Source of the DNA: Selaginella moellendorffii | Taxonomy: Eukaryota > Plantae > Lycopodiophyta | DNA length: 64,000 nucleotides | Assembly: GCF_000143415.4 (NCBI RefSeq) | Contig: NW_003314314.1 | Span: forward strand, 563,771 to 627,770 | Reading direction: 5' to 3' | Part shown: positions 1 to 12,005 of the stretch, one piece after another | Numbering within the stretch: position 1 is the stretch's first letter | Layout: every line of letters begins with the position of its first letter | Position numbers and translations under genes: made by a program | Notes under the pieces: generated by a model | What the model saw: the letters and a program-made list of their open reading frames with translations, nothing else | The model's database searches: none | What the model was told of the DNA's origin: nothing

Positions 1-2246
1 CAAGGAATGCTCTTCGGCTCCAATTTTCTGCGATGACTGTTAGAAACTTTCGCATAAGCTATGCATCCAAAAACTCGTAGATGTCTCAAGCTGGCTTGCT
101 TCCCGGTCCAAAGACGATAAGGAATATCTGCAAGAGGCTGGGTAGGCACTCGATTGCGAATATATGTGGCTGTATTAATCGCCTCGGCCCAGAACGATAG
201 TGGCATTCCTGCGTGAATAAGCATGCTACGTGCACTCTCCATAAGAGTCCGGTTCATCCTTTCAGCAACTCCATTTTGAGCAGGACTATCTGGAGCTGTA
301 AACTGCTGCTGGATACCACTCTCATTGCACAGCTTCATAAAATTTCGTGACTTGTACTCGCCACCTCTGTCACTGCGTAAGGTCTTGAGCTGCTTGCCAA
401 GAAGATTTTCAGCAGAAGCCTTGTAAACTTTAAAGTGATCAAGAACTTCAGATTTCTTGGCCAAAAGTCTCACGACTGTGTAGCGTGAGTAGTCATCGAT
501 GAATGTCAAAAAATACCTCATTCCACGATGACTTTGGACATGGAGAGGCCCACACACGTCTGTGTGAACGAGCTCAAGAGGCTGACTGCTCTTGGATTCT
601 GAAAACTTTGGAAATGATGTGCGTGCTTGTTTTCCTAGCACACAAGCCTCACAAAATTCAAGCTTGCCTGTAAACTCGAATTCTTGTGCATGTGCTTGAT
701 CTCTGGACACTGCTTTGAGGGCGTCTTCATGCACATGGCCTAGACGCTCATGCCACAACTGGAGATTACTCGCTCGAGTTGAGAGCGCTCGATCTGGCTG
801 CTTATCTGGAACAACCATAGTGGCGTCAAGTTTATAAAGTCCAGAATAGCGTTGTCCATAAGCCACTGCTTGATCTGTCTTCTCGTCTCGCATAATAGCC
901 TGCTTGGCATTAAAAATAAAATAGAAACCGTTGTCAGAAGCTGCACCGATTGAGAAAAGATGATACGCCAAGCCTGGAACAAAATACATGTTCCTGATAT
1001 CTCGTAGCTCTCCTGAGGCCAGCTGTACTTGAACTGTGCCCACTGCTACAACTGAAAGAAGACTCTTGTCTCCTAAACCAACCTGCCTGCCTGTTGAAAT
1101 TTTCCTGAGGTTCAGAAATGCTTCTCGCCTGCCTGTCATGTGCATATTTGCTGCTGTGTCCAGCCAGATCACGTCTTGATCCTGCTGCTGAACAAACACA
1201 GGTTCTGGAATAGCTCTTACCATGAGAGCTCTTGACTGGTTTGTATAACCAGTCCTGGCGTTCTTTCTCCCCAATCCTCGAGGACGCCCTGCTAACCTGT
1301 CTCGGCATTCTCTGGCGTAGTGTCCAACCCGCTTACAATAATTGCACTCACCTTTACGCTCGCGTGAGTTGCTGTCTCCAACATTGCTAGCCCTGAAACT
1401 GCTCGCAGTGTTGCTCGCACCAGCCTTGAAACTGCTAGCGCTGCCTCCTTTACCTGGAGAATTCTTTGTTTGCTTTGAATTGACAAACAAAGCTGTGGTT
1501 GTGTTTGTATCTGCGGGTGTTTGGTCTTCGGCTGGTTCTTCTTCATTGATAAGAGCTGCTTGCATTTCAATGAAGGTTTTTGTTGAGTTCTTGAGCATAG
1601 TCTTCAGTGATTTGAATTCTGGGCGAACCAAAGCATTGAGAAGAACTGCTCGCTTATCATTCTCGGTGACTGCTTCACCTAGACTTGACAGCTGGGAGAG
1701 CACCGACTTCAGCCTTCCTAGAAAAGCTGCTGGAGTCTCGTCCGCTGCCATTTTTAAGCCAAAAAGTTTAGACTTTAACTCAACCTTTGAAATCTCTGCA
1801 CTAGCTTGGTTCCCGAATACGTTCTTCAAGGCTGTCCAGTTCTCTTCTGCGGTCTTCGTGATATCCAGGTGGTGGTGGTGCAATTTGCCCAAGCCAATCC
1901 CCATGGTGGAGACTGCCTTATCGTTTCTGACCTGCCACTCGTCTTCGTCGCTTGCCGCTGACTTCGGCTCTGTCCCTTGGACAATTCTGAGACAGTTGTC
2001 CCGGAGAAAGAGGAACGAAATTTCTTTCGCCCAATTCTCAAAATCTGTGCCTGTGAATAGAGGGATCGGTATTGCCTTACTTGTGGTCATTTCTTCTACA
2101 ATTTCCAGCACGCTCCAACCCTGATCTTGAATAAACTTCTCTAAAGCACGGATTTTTCCCTTCCTCTTCTTTTGCTGCAGTCGAGCAGTCACGCGATCTA
2201 GAGTCGCGTAGCCTTGCTGCTCGTTGCGTGGTCTTGTTTTGCCCAT
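1..2246 (-). mobile_element. Ty1/copia gag-pol ORF (Gag, zinc knuckle, protease, integrase); continues off the left edge
   Basis: Minus-strand frame from ATG at 2246 gives CNYCKRVGHYARECR (CCHC knuckle), IWLDTAANMHMTG (copia protease), WHERLGH...FCEACVLGKQ (integrase Zn finger) and LELVHTDVCGPL (integrase core). Integrase directly follows protease, the copia order. No stop in the parts I translated; the ORF track probably omits it because it runs off the window. Confidence 0.93.
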
Positions 2247-2259
2247 GAGATCATCGACT

Positions 2260-2271
2260 GCTCCGATACCA
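2260..2271 (-). promoter_or_regulatory. Primer-binding site (tRNA-iMet) of the copia element; 5' LTR lies from 2272 rightwards, far boundary not resolved
   Basis: Minus strand reads ...CTATCA TGGTATCGGAGC: an LTR-terminal CA followed by the tRNA-iMet PBS. Confidence 0.85.
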
Positions 2272-2847
2272 TGATAGTTTTCTAGTTAAACGACACACTC
2301 TGTTTCCCCTAACCTACTGCCTTTTCATTTTCTCCATGTAAATATATACAAGTCTTGTGTCCGCTCATTTCAGCGTCCACATAAATCTCTTGCCACCTTG
2401 GATTAGACTCCAGGCTGGCTATCTACAGCAGAAGGCAGTGTCGAGGAGCATGTACAAAACACCTGCATTCCAGCTGCACATTCAGCCGTTCAATGACAGA
2501 TTTCTACCAGGCTTGAATGCAAAAGACTACAAGCTACTTCATGAGATTACAAGTAAACGGATCTGGAAAACAAGCTACACTGATGTCTGCAATGATGGTT
2601 TGGGACTTCTGGCTTTGCATAGAGTTGAGCTAGAGAAAATGGCCAAGGAGAAGTTTGGAATGGAAGACACGGGCAGAAAAGCATTCAAGACCAAAGGGAT
2701 GTTGATAAATAAAATGGTGGCATTGGATAAGGAACGAAAGGAAGAACTGATGTAAACAAATACATGCTAGTATTAATATTGTTTTGGTACTTCACAAATT
2801 AAGGTTTTCTGTGAACTATGTTTTATACATATATACATATATACATA

Positions 2848-5800
2848 TGTGAGGTCCAAGTGTACAGTTACAATGCTATATATTAATATTTGGGATTTTG
2901 GTAGCTATTGGATTAATTTCAATTTGAACTACTCACTCATGTATATAAGTTAGGGTTTTTAGGCTAATTGATATGTACATTTTCTGTATTACCTTTTTAT
3001 ATTCCATGCATTCACATTAGTGGAGATGAGGGGCACCTTTGATTGTTTCTAAAGAGTGTTTTGATTTGGGATTTTTGTTTAGATCTAACTTTTGGATTAT
3101 CTAGATTTAACTTTTTTCATTTCCTTTTTTTAGTTCTTTCTTTTTAGGATTTTGGTTTAGATCTAACTTTTTGCATTGTCTAAATCTTCTTTTCCTTTTA
3201 ATTTTTTTTTTTATTTCTCTTCTTTTACTCTTTCCTTTTCATTCATTTTCATAGCAAATCAGTAGTCTCCTCCTCCTTTAACTTTGGAGCAGCAATTGGT
3301 GCAATTGCTTGATGCTATACGATTGCAATTGAACAGCATTCACGACACGTGGTATAGCTCCTCCTGCTCTTGGTGTGAATCTTTGTGTTTGGCCGGAGTT
3401 CTTTTGTGGGAATCCTAGGGATGATGTGTACCATTAGTTCAATTACTTCACGGTGATTGCCATATATCATTCTTGGGATGATGCTCAACATGTGTATGAG
3501 TTTCCCATGTGTCTCTAATGGATGCATTGCAGTGGTACAATGGTTTGAGCAACCACTTATGGGGATTGGAATGTTCTCTTAGACGTCTTCAAACACACAT
3601 TCAGACATGCTGACGATTGTGATAATACCTTCCAACAATTGCATCATCTTTGTCAAAGGCCATCCAAGTCAGTGATATAATTTGGCATTCATTTCCAAAG
3701 CCTCTTGCTTCATGCAGAGCCAAATATATCAGAGCAGATCAAGCTAGGAATGTTGTGGCCAACACTTTGTCAAGATTTTGTTGGACTTGTGCATGCATTT
3801 GTTCCAGCCACCCTTAACAATGCTCTTCACTTGGCACAACATTATGAGATGTCGCCTTTTCCACTTCTCGTTATACATCCTTCAACTCCATTTCCTGTGG
3901 GTGATAGTCCTATTCCAATGGAGGTTGATGCTACTGCTGTTTGAGTCCAAGGACAAGGGCAAGGACATGGTCATGGCTGTGATGTTTGTTGCTAGGCATG
4001 TGATGAAGTTGGTCACACTTATCAGTGTTGTTGGCGTTTTCCAGATTGACAGCCACCATTTCCTGAGTGGAGACCTTGGCATTAACAACGTCCTGTTGGT
4101 GTTGTTGCAACAGAAGGTTTGGACACCGAGATGCATCCGGGAAAGGAGGAGTCATGCAAGTAACGAAGAGATTTTGCGCGAATAAGTTAGTGACCCCTTC
4201 ATCTTTCTTTTGGGAGTATTATCAAGGGGTTCACTCAGCACTAGTTCATCCAATGTTTACTTTCCAAGCTCGTTTTTATAACAAGTGGTCTCTTATTATT
4301 CTCTCCGTATTAGTTGATATAGGTTTAAATTTATCTTCTATTGCTCAACCTATTGCCACACATTGCCATCTACACTTGCATCGTGCGATGGAGCCAGTTT
4401 TCATTCTTTATGGCAACAGTCGCACAAATGCCTGTACACGGGATGAGGCGGACTTAGTTGTGTGTGTGGGCAATCTCAAGCTTGGGTTGCAGTCATTGTG
4501 GGTGGTGCTGAGTCAAGCTTTGACCTCATCCTTGGTATAGATTAGTTGTAATACAATCATGCCAAGTGTGACTTTAAAGCTTCTCCCCCTTGTTTCATAC
4601 TTCCTTATATTTCATCCATTCCTTTCACTTCCTTACCTCTTAGTCCCTTTGTTTTTACCTCTGCTTCCATTACTTTTATCTCCTCACTTACTTTCTTTTA
4701 TATTTCTGTCTTGTTCCACTTTTCCCTTTTTCGATCCCTCTGATAGTTTTTGTGTTGCAAGGGTTGTCTAGCTCATGAAGGAGTATTCCGATCTCTTTGA
4801 ATTTAACCTATCATTTGGGGCCATACGTCATTTGATTCCAACTAGGGATGCTTGTCCAATTAAGATTCCTGTTTGTCATCGGTCACCTTAAAAGATCAAG
4901 ATTTTACGTGCAAACGTCAAAGAGATGTTAGAGAAGGGTGTTATTCGGAAGTTGTGGAGTCCTTGGGCATGTAAACCTCATCTTGTGACAAAGTCTAATA
5001 GGAATATTTGTTTCTACATTGACTATTATTTGTTAAACGAAGTGATGATCCTGGATGTGTACCCTCTTCCTCACATTATTGATCTCTTGGATCATCTAAG
5101 AAGAAGTCATTGGTTCACCAAGTTAGATCTTGCTTCTAGGTATTGGCAAGTATTGATGGCCAAGGAAGATATTCTTAAAACTACTTTTCTTACACCGTTT
5201 GGTTTGTACAAGTTCTTCGTGATGCCGTTTGGTTTGAGTAATGCTTTAGCAACTTTCCAGTGGATGATGGACGAGGATATGCCAGAGGTGACTGTTGACT
5301 TCATTGATGATGTCTTGATCCACTCGGAGGGGATGTGGGAAGAGCATGTCCATGATGTTTGTAAAGTGTAGGATCGGCTATGGGACATTGGTTTAAAGCT
5401 GAAGCGGTTGAAGTACATGTTTGGATCCAAGGGCACGACTTATCTTAGGTACTGTATTTCTCATGAAGGTTTGCAAGTTGATCATGACAAACTTGTGGCT
5501 GTTCTAAAGTTCCCTACTTCGAAGTGTGTGAATGATGTGTAGTCTTTTTGGGCAAAGTGTAGTATCTCGATCGTTTTGTGGATCATCTTTCTAATCACAC
5601 TGCACTATTGCGAGTGTTGCTGAAGTCATCAACATCATCTTTCATTTGGTCTCCAGATTGTGAGAGGGCGTTCATGGATTTCAAAGTGTTATTGATGACT
5701 CATTCGATGTTGGCATATCCTGACTACACTCGACCTTTTATTTTGCATGTGGATGCTTTTGATATTGGTCTCGAGTTGATGCAAGAGAGTCCGAGTGTGC

Positions 5801-7783
5801 CTAGTCAGTGTCATCCTATTACGTATATAAGCTGTACATAACAACTAGCGGAAGTGAATTACTCCATAACAAAGGAGTGTTTAGCAACAGTTTGGGGTTT
5901 TTAGAAACTTCATGCATTTTTACATGGTTCTCAGACATTACTAGAAAGTGATCATATTGTCATTATTTCATTATTGAAGTGAAAAAATCTAGTTGGTCAT
6001 ACTGCTTAGTGGGCTTTGAAGCTTTAGATATATGATTTTGATATTGTTTATCACCCAAAGAGTTTTATGGCTTATGCTAATGCTCTTTCTTGAGTTCCTC
6101 TCCTTTCTTCACTTTTTTTCCATGTTTCTAAAGAGCTTGTTGTTCCAACATCTGTGGATTTTCTAGATGAGGATTTTATGCCATCGGCGGTTGTTGTACT
6201 TGACATTCAGTGTCCATAAGATGCAAAGCAAGATCTACCTTCTTTTGATAAAGTTTGTGAGGCTCAAAAGATTGAGCCATAGATTCGAAGGCTTTGAGAT
6301 GAATTTGAGAATTCTGCATCATTTGCTGATGATTTGCCATTTTGGCATTTATATTCTCAATATCATCTTGAAGACGACCTTCTTTATTTTGTGAGGACGG
6401 ATTCTGATGATCATTTATGGCTGGTGGTGCCTTCTATCTTTATTCCACAGTTTCTCCATGCCTACCATGATTCTCTTGTTCTAGGTGGGCATATAGGACA
6501 TCATCGTGTGACCAAGAAGCTATACAGGTCTTTCTATTGGCCGGAGATGCGATGTGATATTATCCAGTATGGTTGTAATTGCATTTGGTGCCAAGTTCGT
6601 AATACTCCCCCTTATGCTGCAAAAGGACGGTTGGAGTCAATTACAATTTTCTGTTCGTTTGAGTTGGTGGCGTTTGATCATGGGACCTTTTCCACGATCG
6701 ACTACTGGCAATGAATATGTTATTATTGTTTTTAACTATTTGACTCGTTGGGTGGAAGTTAGTGCTCTTGCTAATGCCTCTACAACTGTTGTTGGATACT
6801 TCCTCCTCAATTGAGTTGTGTCCTAGCATTCTTGTCTAGAGCAAATTCTTTCAAATAATGGTCCCGCATTTATAGCTGACGTATTTCATGTTTTGAAGTC
6901 TCGATTGGGGATACGCCACACTTTCACAAGTGCTTTTCATCCATAGTCAGATGGTTTGGTGGAACAACTCGTTCGGATATTCAAAAGAATGATTGTGAAG
7001 TACATGAACTTTCAACATTCAAATTATGATGGTTATTTGCCATTTCTTTGGTATGCATATGTCACAGAGGTGCAAAGTTCTGTTTATAAACTTTTATATG
7101 GTCATGATCCAATATTACTAACGGAGCTGGGTTTACTTTTGCAATTGCCACAAGCTGCTAATGCTAGGTCGTGGGAACAATATTTAATGAGCATTTTTCC
7201 ACTTGTCTGAGCAAAGTCTGCTGAACACTTAGGCCACGTACAAGTGGGACAACAATGGCACTACAACTCCCATCATTGTCCATTTATGAAGTACAAAGTG
7301 AATGACTTGGTGTTAGTCTGTTTTCCCTATCTTACAATATATAGTTTATTTAAGGGGCTCCATGCTCAGTGGAAAGGACTGTGTGGCAAATTGGACTGTA
7401 GATTTATGAAGTTTGACATGCCATCCAACAGGCTAATCCTCCAAAAATTGTGCATGTGCAGCGGTTGAAATGCTTTGTACAAAGGAATCAGAAACAACTA
7501 ATACCTTTTACAGATTCATTGATGCCTACTTCTGATGTTCTTCCAAATCCTAGCCCATCTATAAGAGAACCCTAATGGTCTTCCATCATTCTAAGAAAAG
7601 GAGATGATATAAGGTCCAAGTATACGGCTAAAATGCCATATACTAATATTAGTGTAGTGGGATTTTAGTAGCCGTCGAATTGGTTTCAATCTGGACCACT
7701 CGCTCCTATATATAAACTAGGGTTTTTAGGCTAATTGATATGCACATTTTTTGTATTCTCTTTCCATATTCTATACACTCACA
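2848..7783 (+). mobile_element. Decayed full-length Ty3/gypsy LTR retrotransposon (LTRs 2848-3016 and 7608-7783)
   Basis: Paired short LTRs (TGTGAGGTCCAAG...TTCACA and TATAAGGTCCAAG...CTCACA). PBS-like TAGTGGAGATG (tRNA-Ala-like) at about 3018; PPT AAGAAAAGGAGATGA before 7608. Internal PMEVD, RT (KLDLASRYWQV, VMPFGLSNA, FIDDVLI), RNase H (PDYTRPFILHVDA) and integrase (HDS..GGHIG, C..CQ) fragments with many stops. Confidence 0.92.
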
Positions 7784-8639
7784 AATATAAATAAATAAAC
7801 ACCAATTAATATGTTAGCAATCATCTCTACCTTTGCCTCAATGCTATTGCTTGAGGCTTAACCATTTGCGGCCACAAGAGGCTCTAAGTGCTGCAATCAA
7901 GGCATGCAACCAACTAGGCTCTAAGATGTCTTCTTGGTCTTCCATTGCTTCCAAGAACTATACATTACTATTGAGTGAGTTCATGCCATATAATTTAGGT
8001 TGATCTGTCCATCCAAATGTCTGTAGACTTAACTCTTGGACATGATAATCAGCTGGAGGAGATGATTGCAACCTCATTAGGCATCTTCGCCATCACTATC
8101 TGGACTGGAATGATTTGTTTAGAGTGATTTCAGTAGTTTGCTCTTTGGGAATAAAATAAGAGATCTTTTAATTGTTAAAGGATTGCATGACAACAATCTT
8201 TACCTGTCAGTGCCTGCGCCAACTTGGTACATCAAAGGAGAAGCTATACCTTTGTTGTTTTCATGTATAGTAACTTCTGGGCTACACCTTTATCCAATAG
8301 ACTCATTGAACTAGAATTGTAGATTGTTGGAACAAGGCTAGCAATAAAAAATGATAGTGACTTTAGCACTGCTTCATAACTGAGATTGAGTATTGTTAGT
8401 TTCACAGCAGAAAAACAAGTAGTATGACTTCAACTTCAAGGTATGATCTTCAACGTTTACAAATCGTTTTCCTTATTGCTTACATGACAAAACAATGATG
8501 GTAGTACATCAGACTAGCTAATGTTCAAAAGAAAATGTTAGATGGTATATATAGTGGTTTTTTTCATCACTAGAAAGTGGTTTTTTAAACTCTGAACTCC
8601 TGTTGGGTAATTTCTAGTTCTAAAATGTTGATGGAGGAG

Positions 8640-8830
8640 GTCATGGCTCATCTGATCCAGCAGCAATACAGTGAAGCCTTTAAGGAATTTCCAACCTCTA
8701 TCCCCATCCTCCAGAATCAGCTGTGGCAATAAGTTTTTGAGTTTTTTGCTCGATGACACATTCTGGAAATCTAGCAAATTCCACATCGTGTATGCTGAAG
8801 CTCTGGCCGCAAGTAACCTGGAAAAGAAGC
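8640..8830. repeat. Dispersed repeat, second copy at about 16400-16600
   Basis: CATGGCTCATCT(G/A)ATCCAGCAGCAAT...AAGGAATTTCCA...TCCAGAAT...TGTGGCAATAAGTTTTTGAG...TTCTGGAAATC is shared by both loci. Confidence 0.75.
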
Positions 8831-9395
8831 CGGGGCAGACCAGCTCACTGCCTTACACTGCTGGAACTCCAAGCCATTATGAAGTAGAAGTTACAAGTGA
8901 GCTATTGGGAACGTGTGGGCTCACATAGAAGTTGGAATTCCTACAGGAGGACCTTTGCTAGGTCCATGAGCTGATTGTTTGGTGGATACACTATACAATG
9001 AGCCAATTTCATGTCCTGTCTCTAATCCAACTAATATGCTGTGATATGCATTGTAAGTAGTTTAGAGTCATTATACTACATGAAGTTTATAGTGTTGACA
9101 TTAAGCTTCTAGCCATAGCTAAATTTGAGACATTAGGTGAGATTTCAGACACTATTTATGGTCTGGAAAATGTGAAGAGCTTGGCACATCTTGCTAACTT
9201 TAAAAGTTTCCAGGCTTTCGACTTTTCCTTGAACAAGAGGATTTGCTAGTCCAGTTGCATTTGCCCAAGATCGTTGAGACAAATGTTAAATGTTATCTAG
9301 CCTGTAAGTACTACATGATTAAATTTTGGTTTGAAGATTGTATGAGACTAATTTATTCTATGATCTTGAGTTATATAATATATTATCAAATGATC

Positions 9396-10930
9396 CTAAG
9401 TCAACCTGTAAAGACTTTCGTTGAGCCTGGGAGTGATTTTGGCTTTGAGAGTGTGTGCCATGAAGCTTATGTTTCCCATAGCTTCATCCATAGTCTGATC
9501 TTTTGGGCTTCCAGGAAATTTCCACTCGAATCCATGGAGAAGATTAGAAAGAACGAGCTGGACGTTTCTAAGACCCAGATGAAGCCCGGGGCAAGCCCTC
9601 TTTCCAGATCCAAATGGAAGCAGCTCAAAGTCTTGGCCATTGACACCGATGCTGCTGCCAATGAATCGCTGGGGCTGAAACTCCAGAGGATCACTCCAAA
9701 CTCGAGGGTCTCTGCCAATCGCGTAGACATTCACAATAAGCATTGCATTCTTGGGGATGTCATAGCCTGCAACATTCTGAGCCTCGACCGATGCATGTGG
9801 TATGAGCAAAGAAACGGGAGGATGGAGACGAAAGCTTTCCTTGATGATGGCATTCAAAACCTCGAGCTTGGATATGTCTCCCTCTTCGACCATGCGTGTG
9901 CGTCCAACAACACTCTCAATCTCTTGCTGAGCTTTGACCATCCAATCTGGGTGGTGAAGAAGTTCCGCCAGAGCCCACTCTGTCACAGTGGATGATGTTT
10001 CAGATCCACCAAGAAGTAGATCCTATCAAGATCACAGAACAATCAAGTAAGTTCCACAGATTTGCAACTTACCATGAGGAGAGCTCTGAGACTGACCAAA
10101 TCGTTTCCAATGTGAGACCTTGTGACCTCCACGAAATCGGGAACCTCACCGGGGCGCTGCTCGTCCAAAACCTTTTGCAAGAAGCCATTCATCTTATCCC
10201 CGGCCACCTTTGCACGGCGGGCAACCAAGTCGAGCCAGCTCAAGTAGGGGAAATAGTCAGTGATCGAGAAAGCCGCTCCCACCTCGAGGATCTCATCAAT
10301 CGTCGCTATGAAATTCGAGGCCTCCGCCGTAATAGCGGGATCGCCCGAGGCCTTGGATCCAAAGTACGTCTTCTTCATCAGAATGCGAGTCATGACGTTG
10401 AAGCTGAGCGCCCTCAAGTGTGGTCTCACTCCGACAACTTGGCCAGCCTTAGAAGCTCTCAATAGCTCACCACTGAGCTCCCACAGCTCGTCCCGGATGA
10501 TCTGCGTGTTCATACTCATCCTTTTGGCCGTGAATATCTCCGTGGCGCAGAGCTTCCTCAGCTTCTTCCAGTAGTCTCCATATGGCGAGAAAGACATGCT
10601 CCTGCTATCCATGACTATGGAGACCACGTTGTTTCGAGGCCTATAGGCGAATTCCGTGTCGTGGTTCTTGAGAAACTCTTTGGCCATTTCTGGACTGGAG
10701 ACCACGAACACAGGGACAGATCCCAGGCGCAAGTGAAAGAGGGGTCCAAATCTCTTGGAGAGCTGCTGGAGTGCGATGTGTGGGATCTTGCCCATGGCCA
10801 GGAGATGGAAGTGGCCGATGAGAGGTAATCCTCTGGGGCCTGGCGGAAGATTGAGAGATATCCTGGAGAGCCATTGCTTGAGGATGAAAGCAGTGAGGAG
10901 GAAGACCACTATATGCACCGCCCAAAACAT
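9396..10930 (-). CDS. Cytochrome P450, CYP71 clan (A-type); 2 exons (10930-10073, 10022-9396), about 494 aa
   Basis: N-terminal membrane anchor plus PPGP hinge, I-helix LGGSETS, K-helix ESFR, PERF-like FQPQRF, heme motif FGSGKRACPG. A 50-bp GT-AG intron (10072-10023) sits at the conserved A-type position just before the I-helix. Confidence 0.95.
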
Positions 10931-11246
10931 TCCTACTTTCTGCCCCTAAATTGTAGAGCCAGAGCGCTGGAGAGTATTTCCATTCCAATGTTGAATGGAA
11001 GATGTCTGACCTTTGACTTCCAAGCTTGGCATCTTTGAAATTTCTTCTAAACTATTAAAAAATCCAAGTTGCGACAATTTTTTAAATAACAAAGAAATCC
11101 AAAGGTGGGCTGCCATATGAGCCACAAGTATAATATAATCCTATGCACTTTTCATTTTTTTCTTTAGATTTGTTTGACTCATTTTTGTTTCACTTTGTTA
11201 GATTCTCTCAGCACTTGTGGTTGTAATGCACACCTATGCCAATAAC

Positions 11247-11314
11247 AATCGACAATCCTTATCTTGTTGTCCTGGACACTAATCGACAATCCTTATCTTG
11301 TTGTCCTGGACACT
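11247..11314. repeat. Perfect 34-bp tandem duplication in the P450 upstream region
   Basis: AATCGACAATCCTTATCTTGTTGTCCTGGACACT occurs twice in tandem. Confidence 0.9.
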
Positions 11315-11412
11315 GTGACAGTCAATCCAAAGTCATTGGTGGGATGTCGTCTATAACACCTTTGGTCCCCTGGCCATTCACCACAACCTTTGTCACCAAG
11401 TGGATTGCAATC

Positions 11413-12005
11413 TGTAAGCTCCTGAGTTTAGACTTCCCGGGAGGTCACCCAGCCCAGTACTATTCAAACACAAGGACGCTTAACTCCAACTATCCCAAGA
11501 CCCTTAACCGATTGGAAAAAGGGGTTCACTCTTGTTCATGGGCCCTTTCCCTCTATATTTGAACCCCATGGATCGTCTCTCGAGTCGTTCCCTTTGGTTG
11601 CTTACAATCCACCACGCTTCCCTGCAAGTTCACGCCCTCGTGAACGGAAGTTGAGAGCCGCAGCTCTCCCGAGAGCCTCGCTCTCTTGACACCCTACCCC
11701 TCGGGTCGAGCCCAGCAGGAGCAAACTGGACCAGCCAGATGTCAATCAATATGTGGTGTGATTCCCCTAGCCAACCAACAGAGTCGGACCCGAGACCCCT
11801 CTGATACCAAATGTAAGCTCCTGAGTTTAGACTTCTCGGGAGGTCACCCAGCCCAGTACTATTCAAACGCAAGGACGCTTAACTCCAACTATCCCAAGAC
11901 CCTTAACCGATTGGAAAAAGGGGTGCACTCTTGTTCATGGGCCCTTTCCCTCTATATTTGAACCCCATGGATCGTCTCTCGAGTCGTTCCCTTTGGTTGC
12001 TTACA
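11413..12005 (-). mobile_element. TRIM retrotransposon with 5S-rRNA-derived LTR domain (Cassandra-like), 593 bp
   Basis: Two 194-bp LTRs (11413-11606, 11812-12005) with 3 mismatches counted by eye and termini TGTAAGC...GCTTACA. 5-bp TSD CAATC on both sides. Minus-strand PBS TGGTATCAGAG and PPT-like GGGAAGCGTGGTGG. The minus-strand LTR contains AGTTAAGCGT...TAGTACTGGGCTGGGTGACCTCCCGGGAAGTC, matching the 5S rRNA box A, intermediate element and box C. Confidence 0.93.

Noticed and set aside
1342-2124. 260-aa plus-strand ORF
   Set aside because: Antisense shadow of the copia gag.
9975-10022. Atypical P450 I-helix (LGGSETS)
   Set aside because: The acid-alcohol pair (E-T) is retained; within normal CYP71-clan variation.
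11431-11485. 5S rRNA gene
   Set aside because: Only the internal-promoter part is present, and it is embedded in TRIM LTRs.
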